Part shown: piece after piece, positions 28,509 through 36,710 of the stretch
Layout of the letters: each line of letters begins with the position of its first letter
Position numbering within the stretch: position 1 is the stretch's first letter
From: Sphaerochaetaceae bacterium
GTDB taxonomy: Bacteria > Spirochaetota > Spirochaetia > Sphaerochaetales > Sphaerochaetaceae
Length of the DNA: 64,000 nucleotides
Reading direction: 5' to 3'
Assembly (NCBI GenBank): GCA_963677225.1
Contig: OY781923.1
Location: 1,693,507-1,757,506 of the forward strand
The notes under the pieces: model-generated
Told to the model about the DNA's origin: nothing
What the model saw: only the letters and a program-made list of their open reading frames with translations
Database searches by the model: none
Program-made: the position numbers and the translations under genes

Positions 28509-29167
28509 CACACCTGACCTCCTAGAAAGCTCTGCAGTACGGAAAAAGCCGCCATGGAATCTTCCCTTCGTATGACGAAAGTGAGTTCGTTCATCGTTGA
28601 GACTATCTCATTCACGTTTATCTCCTCCCAGGCGAGTTTCCTCACCGCCTCGTATACGATTCCCGGTGTCGACATGAAATCACCGCTGAAGACAAGGGAA
28701 AGGGCGACCAGATCACCTTTCTCATGAAGGATCTTTTCATCACGTATAAGCGATTTCACCTGGTCGACGTATTTCTCGCTTATGGAAAGAGAGATCTCGT
28801 GAGACCCTACAGAGATATTCATAAAATCACCACTCGAAGGATTCACGAGAAAAAAGAGATCCTTGACCTTGTCGAGAATGGAATCGCTTCGTATCAGATT
28901 GATATCGTAGATATTGGTCTTCATCACTATTTCGTACTGAAGTGGAGAACTCTTATGCTCTTTCTCCTTTTTCTTCAGCTCCTCACCGTACCGGCGTACC
29001 GCCATGATGATGGCGGAAGTCTTCACAGGTTTCCCGTGAAGTTTTTCCACGACATCCTGGATCGATGAAGCATAGTTGCTGTAGCTGAGGATTCCCTGGA
29101 TCAGCATCTCATAGAGAAATGGAGTGCGGTCGATGATCCTCTTCACTGAATTACTTACTGATTCCAT
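28508..29167 (-). CDS. Uncharacterised protein with C-terminal ACT-like domains
   Basis: 219 aa with a strong AGGAGAA RBS. The C-terminal halves (ISVGSHEISLSISEKYVDQVKSLI and LSLVFSGDFMSTPGIVYEAVRKLAWEEINVNEIVSTMNELTFVIRRED) resemble aspartokinase-type ACT repeats. The N-terminal ~65 aa could be helix-turn-helix-like. Function not established. Confidence 0.45.
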   Translation of the reverse strand: MESVSNSVKRIIDRTPFLYEMLIQGILSYSNYASSIQDVVEKLHGKPVKTSAIIMAVRRYGEELKKKEKEHKSSPLQYEIVMKTNIYDINLIRSDSILDKVKDLFFLVNPSSGDFMNISVGSHEISLSISEKYVDQVKSLIRDEKILHEKGDLVALSLVFSGDFMSTPGIVYEAVRKLAWEEINVNEIVSTMNELTFVIRREDSMAAFSVLQSFLGGQV

Positions 29168-29335
29168 GACGATTCTCCTATGCTCAAAGTGTTATCATTA
29201 TCACAATCAACTAATTATTACAACTATATATAACAATTTGTCAATATTTATATGGTTTTATGACCATAACAGATGATATATACTGTATTTTTGTTGACTG
29301 AATATGATATTCTGTACATTGAAGGAGATTATGGT

Positions 29336-29800
29336 ATGTTATGCCCACATTGCGGTCGTACAGATGACAGAGTTCTCGAATCCCGCCAGAACAGCAGCGG
29401 TTCGTCCATCAGACGCAGAAGAGAATGTCTGTCGTGCGGTTACCGGTTCACAAGTTACGAACGGATAGAAGAAAAACCCATCATGGTCATAAAACGTGAT
29501 AAAAGAAGGGAGCCGTTTGATCTGAAGAAGATCGAACGGGGTATCAGAATCACCACCGAGAAGAGAAATATCAGTCAGGACACCATCGAGCGCCTGCTTT
29601 CAAAGATCGAAGATGAGATCGTCCTTTCGGCGAGCAACAAAGGTGAAGTGCATGCCACGAAGATCGGTGAGATCGCCCTGAAACATCTGTATCAGGTCGA
29701 TACGGTCGCATACGTCAGATTCGCATCGGTCTATCGGGCTTTCAGCAGTGTGGACCAGTTCATCGAGGAGATCGAAAGGATCACCGACAAGATGAAATAA
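29336..29800 (+). CDS. nrdR: Transcriptional repressor NrdR
   Basis: ORF trimmed to ATG 29336, preceded by GAAGGAG. Zinc ribbon CPHCG...CLSCGYRFTSYE followed by an ATP-cone. Confidence 0.93.
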   Translation: MLCPHCGRTDDRVLESRQNSSGSSIRRRRECLSCGYRFTSYERIEEKPIMVIKRDKRREPFDLKKIERGIRITTEKRNISQDTIERLLSKIEDEIVLSASNKGEVHATKIGEIALKHLYQVDTVAYVRFASVYRAFSSVDQFIEEIERITDKMK

Positions 29801-29802
29801 GA

Positions 29803-30963
29803 TTATCTGACATCAAACCACTTCCCGGTCAGAGAACGCTCTATATCTTCGTTGAGGTGGGTGGGTTTGAGAATCTCATCGGCGCAGTCCAGAGCGAAAT
29901 TGTCACTCATCCCCGCCACATAATCGAATACGACTCTCGAATAACCCCCGTCGGTTCTTCGGTAGGCCTCCTTCATATCTTTAAGATAATTGACGAATCC
30001 CATCGAGAGCATATTCTTCTCCTTCTGATAGAGGTCGAAATCAAACCCGTAGGTCCCAAAGAGGTGTTCGAGATAATCTACGATCAGATGCAGCAGCCGG
30101 GAGAAATAATCAAAATAGCCTTTGAGCATCGGAGAGCGGTAGATCTGACGGTAATTGAACTCTTTCATCTCGACCAGAGCTTCATAGACTTCATCACTGA
30201 ACGTAATACCTTTTTCACTATTGCTGGTACATATGATATCGTGAACAAGAGTATCGATGATCTTCGAGTTTCTGTCTCCGAGTACCCTTCTCACATTTTC
30301 GGGAAGCATATCCTTCTGTATCACATTCAGTCTGCAGGCATCTTCGAAATCTCTGCCGACATAGGCGATCTGGTCGCTGAAACGGACTACCACAGATTCC
30401 CATGTTGAAGGAACGATCCCTTTGCGTCCGGTGACGGCATTCAGATCCTTTTCACTGTGAGTTGGTTTGATAGACTGCAGAAAGGTCTCCCCGTTATGGC
30501 TCGCGATGCCGTCTCTGACCGCGTATGTCAGATTCAGCCCCTTTCCGTTATCTGCAAGAAAGTCGATAACTCTCAGAGAGTTCATCTCATGTTCGAAATG
30601 AAGAGCGATCCGATCTGTCATGATGTCATCTATGATCTTCTCTCCCACATGACCGAACGGCGTGTGACCGAGATCATGCCCCATCCCGATCGCCCAGGCC
30701 AGATCGGTATCGAGAGACAGCTGCTGACAGATTGCGCTCGCTATCGACGCCACATGCAGCACATGCTCGATCCGGGTGCAGATATGGTCATTGGAAGGGG
30801 CGAAAAAGACCTGAGTCTTGTGCTTGAGCCGTCTGAACGGTGAAGAATGAATGATGGCGGTAGTATCCCGGTAGAAGGGACTGCGCAGATCGTCTTTGCG
30901 CTCGTATACCCTTTTTGTCAGAATCTCTTTATCGAGGTGGTTGATGAATCTCATTTCTCCCAT
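29803..30963 (-). CDS. dGTPase-like HD-domain dNTP triphosphohydrolase
   Basis: Motifs FRRLKHKTQV, RIEHVLHVASIA and GHDLGHTPFGH. 386 aa. Confidence 0.85.
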   Translation of the reverse strand: MGEMRFINHLDKEILTKRVYERKDDLRSPFYRDTTAIIHSSPFRRLKHKTQVFFAPSNDHICTRIEHVLHVASIASAICQQLSLDTDLAWAIGMGHDLGHTPFGHVGEKIIDDIMTDRIALHFEHEMNSLRVIDFLADNGKGLNLTYAVRDGIASHNGETFLQSIKPTHSEKDLNAVTGRKGIVPSTWESVVVRFSDQIAYVGRDFEDACRLNVIQKDMLPENVRRVLGDRNSKIIDTLVHDIICTSNSEKGITFSDEVYEALVEMKEFNYRQIYRSPMLKGYFDYFSRLLHLIVDYLEHLFGTYGFDFDLYQKEKNMLSMGFVNYLKDMKEAYRRTDGGYSRVVFDYVAGMSDNFALDCADEILKPTHLNEDIERSLTGKWFDVR

Positions 30964-31022
30964 AGATACCCCCTGTGAACTTTTTCCGTCATTACTTCCA
31001 TAACGGCTCCAATAATGATATC

Positions 31023-31517
31023 ATGTTTTACATGCTGATACTACTTGTAGCGATCATAACGACATTCATCTGTTTTCTGAGTATCATCGCCTCTGTGCGC
31101 TTTCTTTTCACGAAACAGGGGCTGTTCTGGCTGATCCCGCTCGTTCTGTCGGTAACCTTTCTCATCATGAGCATCTCTCCTCTGGTTCTCGTCGCCACAC
31201 AGATGATCGACGGCAGTTATCAGGTGTCGATATCACCCGACCGGTCGGTTCGTGAGGTAGTTCCTCTCATCATCGTCCTTCTGTGGTATACGATGATCAT
31301 TTCATTCAGATATGCTCTGAAACTGGTGATACCTGACAATACCTATTTCGAAAATAAGAAGAAGAATCTGGACGAAGCTCAGTATATCCAGAAGAAGGAA
31401 CGGCAGAAATACCTCATTCAGCAGATGAAACGCAACAAGAAGAAGATAGACATCTCCCGGGAAGTAGCGGGAACGACCTATCCTATCAAATGGGTAACCC
31501 TCTATGATGAACACTGA
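31023..31517 (+). CDS. Membrane protein, unknown function (Lys-rich cytoplasmic tail)
   Basis: ORF trimmed to ATG 31023. It has three or four hydrophobic helices followed by ENKKKNLDEAQYIQKKERQKYLIQQMKRNKKK. Its 3' end overlaps the aroK start by 14 nt, so it appears to be the first gene of the aroK operon. Confidence 0.5.
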   Translation: MFYMLILLVAIITTFICFLSIIASVRFLFTKQGLFWLIPLVLSVTFLIMSISPLVLVATQMIDGSYQVSISPDRSVREVVPLIIVLLWYTMIISFRYALKLVIPDNTYFENKKKNLDEAQYIQKKERQKYLIQQMKRNKKKIDISREVAGTTYPIKWVTLYDEH

Positions 31518-32064
31518 ACGAAAGATATATTTTCTCACTGGAATAAAACACAGCGGGAAAAGCAATGTGGGAAGAAACGCTGCATCGCTGATCGCCCGGG
31601 AAATGAATGCAGTATTCGTCGATACCGACGATCTGATCGTACAGGCACTTCCAGCCGGATACTCCTGTATCCGTGATTTTTACCGCAGGGAGGGAAAGGA
31701 TGCCTTCATGGATCTGGAATACAGAACACTGAAACAGTATCTGTCGTCTGTGAAGGAAGACCTTACTTTTATCATCGCAACCGGCGGAGGCGCCTGCGAC
31801 AATACACGAATGGTCAGTCTGATGAAAGAGAGCGGAACCGTTCTCTACCTCTGCCTGAAAGAAGAGACTCTCCTCAAAAGGATACAGAAAAAGGGGATCC
31901 CTCCCTTTCTTGACGAGAATGATATAGAGAATTCGTTCCATACTCTTTTTATCTCGAGAGACAGGGAATATAGGCATATCTGTGATTTTGTGGTACCATT
32001 AGAGGATTTAAAATCCATCGAACATAATGGACAGGTTCTTGCCTCCTTTATCGTTCACATCTAA
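31504..32064 (+). CDS. aroK: Shikimate kinase
   Basis: Walker A GIKHSGKS, DTDD and ATGGG. 186 aa. Confidence 0.85.
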   Translation: MMNTERKIYFLTGIKHSGKSNVGRNAASLIAREMNAVFVDTDDLIVQALPAGYSCIRDFYRREGKDAFMDLEYRTLKQYLSSVKEDLTFIIATGGGACDNTRMVSLMKESGTVLYLCLKEETLLKRIQKKGIPPFLDENDIENSFHTLFISRDREYRHICDFVVPLEDLKSIEHNGQVLASFIVHI

Positions 32065-32078
32065 TGAGGAGAATCTAC

Positions 32079-33128
32079 ATGCCAGGGAACACTTTTGGAA
32101 CATCATTGACCATCACGACATTCGGAGAATCACACGGGAAGGCCCTTGGTGTAATAATCGACGGTCTGGAGAGTAATTTCCAGATCGATCTCGATGATCT
32201 TGCTTTCCAGATGTCACGACGGCGGCCGGGCGGCAATCGGCTGGGTACAAAACGCGATGAAAAAGATGAGATCGAGATCCTGAGCGGAATGTTCGAAGGG
32301 AAGACGACAGGGACTCCGCTTGCGATACTGATCCGAAATACTAATCAGCATTCCGACGATTACTCTCCTATCGCAGATTTCTATCGTCCGGGTCATGCAG
32401 ATTATACCTGGGATAAGAAATTCGGCATCAGAGACTGGAGAGGCGGAGGCCGCTCGAGCGGCAGAGAGACGGCGGCGCGCCTTGCCGCAGGAGCCATCGC
32501 GATGCAGATTCTCAGGAAGAAAGGTATCACGATAACGGCCTACACCACTCAGATCGGACCAATCAAAGCGAAGGTCAAGAACCTCGAGGATATCTCGAAG
32601 AATCTTGTGAGCTGCTGTGACAATGAACAGGCAGAGAAGATGGTACAGCTGATAGATGAAACGAGAGAGAAGAAGGACAGCATCGGAGGAATCATCGAAT
32701 GTGTGATCACCAATGTGCCGGCAGGACTCGGTGAACCGGTATTCCAGAAGACAGAGGCTCTTCTCGGCCAGGCGATTCTCTCTCTCGGAGCTGTCAAAGG
32801 TATCGAGTTCGGTGAAGGGTTCAACTGTGTCAATTTCACCGGTTCAGAGCATAACGACCCGATCACCAAAGACGGATTCGAGACAAACAGAGCCGGCGGA
32901 ATAAACGGCGGAATAACAAACGGAGAACCCATCATTTTCAGAGTGCCGGTCAAACCTACCGCATCGATCTCCCTTCCCCAGAGGACTATCGGTATCGATG
33001 GAAAAGAACAGACGATCGTAGTCGAAGGGAGACACGATCCCTGCATCTGCGTCAGAATAGTCCCGGTAATCGAGGCTATGAGTGCGCTCACCATTCTCTC
33101 TTTATGGTACGATCAGAATGGAAGATAA
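32079..33128 (+). CDS. aroC: Chorismate synthase
   Basis: MPGNTFG...TFGESHG, RRRPGGNRLGTKRDE and GGGRSSGRETAARLAAGA. Start trimmed to ATG 32079, with GAGGAG 7 nt upstream. Confidence 0.95.
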   Translation: MPGNTFGTSLTITTFGESHGKALGVIIDGLESNFQIDLDDLAFQMSRRRPGGNRLGTKRDEKDEIEILSGMFEGKTTGTPLAILIRNTNQHSDDYSPIADFYRPGHADYTWDKKFGIRDWRGGGRSSGRETAARLAAGAIAMQILRKKGITITAYTTQIGPIKAKVKNLEDISKNLVSCCDNEQAEKMVQLIDETREKKDSIGGIIECVITNVPAGLGEPVFQKTEALLGQAILSLGAVKGIEFGEGFNCVNFTGSEHNDPITKDGFETNRAGGINGGITNGEPIIFRVPVKPTASISLPQRTIGIDGKEQTIVVEGRHDPCICVRIVPVIEAMSALTILSLWYDQNGR

Positions 33129-34773
33129 ACCTCTCATCATACAAAGTGACCTCTCTTTGCTCCTCGATGTTCATTCTCCCGGTGCCATAGCAGCCCGAAA
33201 TGCCATCATGGCTTTCAGCGAGCTCATCAAATCGCCTGAACATCTTCACACGTACATGATCACACCGCTGTCGCTGTGGAATGCGGCATCTGCAGGCATC
33301 TCGACTGAAGAGGTGCTCTCGAGACTCCATACCTACTCCAGATATGATATCCCCCAGACTGTGATATTCCACATCAATGAGATTACCGAGCGTTTCGGGG
33401 CGATAACTCTTGAACAGTACTCTGATGAAGATCACTATCTCGTCAGGTTCCATAATGACCGGATAGAAAAAGAGGTGGTCACCCGCCCAGCATACGCAAA
33501 GATGCTCAGCAGGTGCCCCCGGGGATTCCTTCTCGAAAAATATCTTCGTGGAGATTTCAAAGTACAGCTGATAAAAATCGGCTATCCGGTTGATGACAGA
33601 GTCCCTCTCATCAAAGGGGAACCCATCAGTGCCGAGTTCAGAAAGACCTCCGTACAGGGAGTAGATCTCGTTCTCAGAGACTATCAGAAAGAGGCGGCCG
33701 ATTCACTCCTCGGAGATGGATCTCCGGGAACCGGATACGGGACGATCGTCCTGCCGTGCGGGTCCGGAAAGACTGTGGTGGGGATGGAGATTCTCAGGCG
33801 TGTCAAGACGAGAACCCTCATCCTTACGACGAATGTCGCCGCTGTCCATCAGTGGATCGCCGAACTGAATGATAAACTCATCCTTCCTCCAGACAGTGTC
33901 GGAGAGTATTCGGGTATGAGAAAAGAGATCAGGGACATCACCGTCTGCACCTATCAGATTCTCACATGGAGAAGCGACAAGCTTGCCGATTTCCCCCATA
34001 TGAAGGCTATCAGAGACCATAACTGGGGACTCATCATCTTCGATGAGGTTCATATGCTTCCCGCCCCGGTTTTCAAGATCACAGCCGAGATGCAGTCGGT
34101 CTACCGCGTCGGACTGACAGCGACGCTTATCAGAGAAGACAGACGTGAAGATGAGGTATTCTCCCTGGTAGGTCCCAAACGGTACGATGTGCCATGGAGC
34201 GAACTTGAAGCGGGCGGCTGGATAGCAGAAGCTGAATGTATCGAGATCAGGGTCCCTCTCCCCCGGCAGAAGGAAATCGAATACGCCATCGCTCAGAAAA
34301 GGGAGAAATACCGGATCGCAAGCGAGAACGAACGTAAGATCGATATCGTGAAGCAGCTCATCGAAAATCATCGCGAAGACTTCATCCTCGTCATCGGACA
34401 GTATCTCAATCAGCTCAAAAAGATCGCGAAGGAACTCGATGCACCTATCATCACGGGAGCGACAGCCGAATCTAAACGGGATGAACTCTATCAGGCTTTC
34501 AGAGAGGGAAAACAGCGTATCCTCGTGGTCTCCAAGGTAGCTAACTTCGCGATCGATCTTCCTGATGCCTCGGTAGCGATCCAGGTAAGCGGTACGTTCG
34601 GATCAAGACAGGAAGAGGCTCAGCGCCTGGGACGCATCCTCCGTCCGAAAGAACGCAGTTCCCACTTCTATTCGATTGTCACCCGTTTTTCAAGTGAAGA
34701 GGAATTCGCAGTCAACAGACAGAAATTTCTCAGCGAACAAGGATACAGATACCGTTCAGAGGTATGGGAATGA
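33118..34773 (+). CDS. XPB/ERCC3/Ssl2-type SF2 DNA helicase
   Basis: Motif I PCGSGKT, motif II DEVH, GLTATLIREDRRED (motif III plus the XPB-specific RED motif) and motif VI QRLGRILR. An N-terminal damage-recognition-like domain is present. ATG 33118 overlaps the aroC end by 11 nt. Confidence 0.88.
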   Translation: MEDKPLIIQSDLSLLLDVHSPGAIAARNAIMAFSELIKSPEHLHTYMITPLSLWNAASAGISTEEVLSRLHTYSRYDIPQTVIFHINEITERFGAITLEQYSDEDHYLVRFHNDRIEKEVVTRPAYAKMLSRCPRGFLLEKYLRGDFKVQLIKIGYPVDDRVPLIKGEPISAEFRKTSVQGVDLVLRDYQKEAADSLLGDGSPGTGYGTIVLPCGSGKTVVGMEILRRVKTRTLILTTNVAAVHQWIAELNDKLILPPDSVGEYSGMRKEIRDITVCTYQILTWRSDKLADFPHMKAIRDHNWGLIIFDEVHMLPAPVFKITAEMQSVYRVGLTATLIREDRREDEVFSLVGPKRYDVPWSELEAGGWIAEAECIEIRVPLPRQKEIEYAIAQKREKYRIASENERKIDIVKQLIENHREDFILVIGQYLNQLKKIAKELDAPIITGATAESKRDELYQAFREGKQRILVVSKVANFAIDLPDASVAIQVSGTFGSRQEEAQRLGRILRPKERSSHFYSIVTRFSSEEEFAVNRQKFLSEQGYRYRSEVWE

Positions 34774-36710
34774 TCGATAAGGAAACTCTGGACAGCTTTA
34801 TCTCCTCCCTCTCGCTGCTGGATGAACAAGTCTATTTCGAGATGGCAGGCTCCTACCTCGGAAAGATACCGACTCCGTTTGACAAGCAGAAACTGCATCT
34901 CAAAATCGCATCGGTCTTTCACAATGAACAGTTCATTTCAAATCTGATCACCCGGCTTGATGAGGTAGACCTTCTTCTCGTCAATGCAGCCTACTTCATC
35001 TCAAATATCGGCGAAGAGACACTCATCTCTCTTTTCAAAAGTGAACACCCCTACGGGTATTTGAAAAAGAAAGTCGTCAATCTCGAAGAGCGGCTCATAC
35101 TGGTTCCTTCTTACACCCATCCACATAAAGTCTGTCTCAACCAGCTGCTCCTGCAGCCGTTCGAACATATGGTGATAGACCGCACTATACTTTTCCCTTC
35201 GTCTGAAGACGTTCCCTATGTATTCTCCTCACAGTTTCCTCATTATCTTCAGGCTGTCTATTCCATCGTCATTCACAATAAGAAGGAAAAGGCGATGAGA
35301 GAGAATCTCAACCTGATTTCCTCTAAGATTGAAAACCTGCCGTTTGCGATTCCTGACGGTGTCGAGGCAAGGCTGCGGGAAGTACTGCTCTCTTTCTCTC
35401 TGAAACACGGTCATAACCGCGAATATATGAGTCACTTTTTCTCTCTCGATATCTACTCGCTTCTCACCTACGTTTTGAATCTGTATAACACCGCATTCAC
35501 TTCATTATTCTCATGCGATACTTCGACAGAGAGGCTCTCTTCATTTTTCCGCATCCTCAGCGATGTCCTTGATACCTACAAGATAAGCGATGAGACTATA
35601 CTGAGAAGAGGCATCGGTCTCTGCAGTGCAGCTGCAGATATCGAAGTGTATGATAATGACGAGTTTTTCCGACTCATGACACTCTGTGCCGTTCACCGCA
35701 GCAGAACCCCCGCCGGAACTCAGCACAAAGGTGTCGTCGACAGTGATTTCACTTTTACCTATCATCCGGGAATGTTGAAATATGAATATCATCCGATCCA
35801 TTATTATGCACGCATCACAAGCTGGGATGTCGTCGTAGCCTACACGATAGATAAGAACACGATATTCCATGCCTTCGACTACGGCTTCTCGGTCGATCAG
35901 ATCATCGGCGATCTCGATACTATCGCCCATAACGACAATCAGCTGCTGAAGGAACAGATCGAGCATTTCAGAAGTGAATATGATCAGATCAGAATCTATG
36001 ACGGAATCACGGTCTGTGTGGATGAAAGACTCGAACGGATAATCGAGGGTTACCATCCTCTTAATCAGTACGTCATCAAAAAGCTTGCCGCGGGAGTCTT
36101 TCTTTTCAACAGGGAGCAGGAGATATATTGGAAGAAGGAATTCGACCATATTGGGATATTCGATCTTCCCAGGACGATCACAGGAGCATCATCGAAGGAG
36201 GATTTCCTTCTGCCTGTGAAAGATGATGAAGTACAAGTCACCCTGAAACGGATCAAAGCAGATTCAAAGGCACACGAGAGACTGGCAAAACTCAAGCTGA
36301 AAGAAGAAAAGATGGTCGATGATCTCAAAACGATCGTAACCCGTAACTTCCCGCAAAAGAGCGTACAGGAAGAGCTGCTAAGAAAGATCGAAGAGAAGAT
36401 TATCGTTCTGCCGTCACAGATAGAGGCTCCCATCCACAGCTCTCATATCATTCAAGCCTCCGGTTTTGATTTCAGCAAGAAGATCAGAGTCATAAAGACA
36501 GCACTCGATCAGCCTGACCTGTTCGTAGAAATCAAAATGATAAACGATGAAGAAGAATTCGTCACACTGACGTGCGATATCATCAGCTACAGCGGAAACG
36601 GTGATGATGGTGTCGTTGTGGTCAGACATATTCCTCAGAAAAACGAGATAACAATTCCTGTGGGAAAGATATTCATGATCAGGACGATAAGAAAATCAAT
36701 TTTCTTCTAG
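34764..36710 (+). CDS. XPB-associated 648-aa protein, function unknown (contains an XPB-N-terminal-like segment)
   Basis: Long uninterrupted ORF. Its ATG at 34764 (or 34770) overlaps the XPB stop at 34771-34773. No enzymatic motif recognised. Residues ~323-455 resemble the XPB N-terminal domain by eye. Confidence 0.7.
   Translation: MGMIDKETLDSFISSLSLLDEQVYFEMAGSYLGKIPTPFDKQKLHLKIASVFHNEQFISNLITRLDEVDLLLVNAAYFISNIGEETLISLFKSEHPYGYLKKKVVNLEERLILVPSYTHPHKVCLNQLLLQPFEHMVIDRTILFPSSEDVPYVFSSQFPHYLQAVYSIVIHNKKEKAMRENLNLISSKIENLPFAIPDGVEARLREVLLSFSLKHGHNREYMSHFFSLDIYSLLTYVLNLYNTAFTSLFSCDTSTERLSSFFRILSDVLDTYKISDETILRRGIGLCSAAADIEVYDNDEFFRLMTLCAVHRSRTPAGTQHKGVVDSDFTFTYHPGMLKYEYHPIHYYARITSWDVVVAYTIDKNTIFHAFDYGFSVDQIIGDLDTIAHNDNQLLKEQIEHFRSEYDQIRIYDGITVCVDERLERIIEGYHPLNQYVIKKLAAGVFLFNREQEIYWKKEFDHIGIFDLPRTITGASSKEDFLLPVKDDEVQVTLKRIKADSKAHERLAKLKLKEEKMVDDLKTIVTRNFPQKSVQEELLRKIEEKIIVLPSQIEAPIHSSHIIQASGFDFSKKIRVIKTALDQPDLFVEIKMINDEEEFVTLTCDIISYSGNGDDGVVVVRHIPQKNEITIPVGKIFMIRTIRKSIFF

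Noticed and set aside
31486-31977. 163-aa ORF antisense to aroK
   Set aside because: It is a shadow ORF. The aroK frame has the Walker A motif and family motifs.
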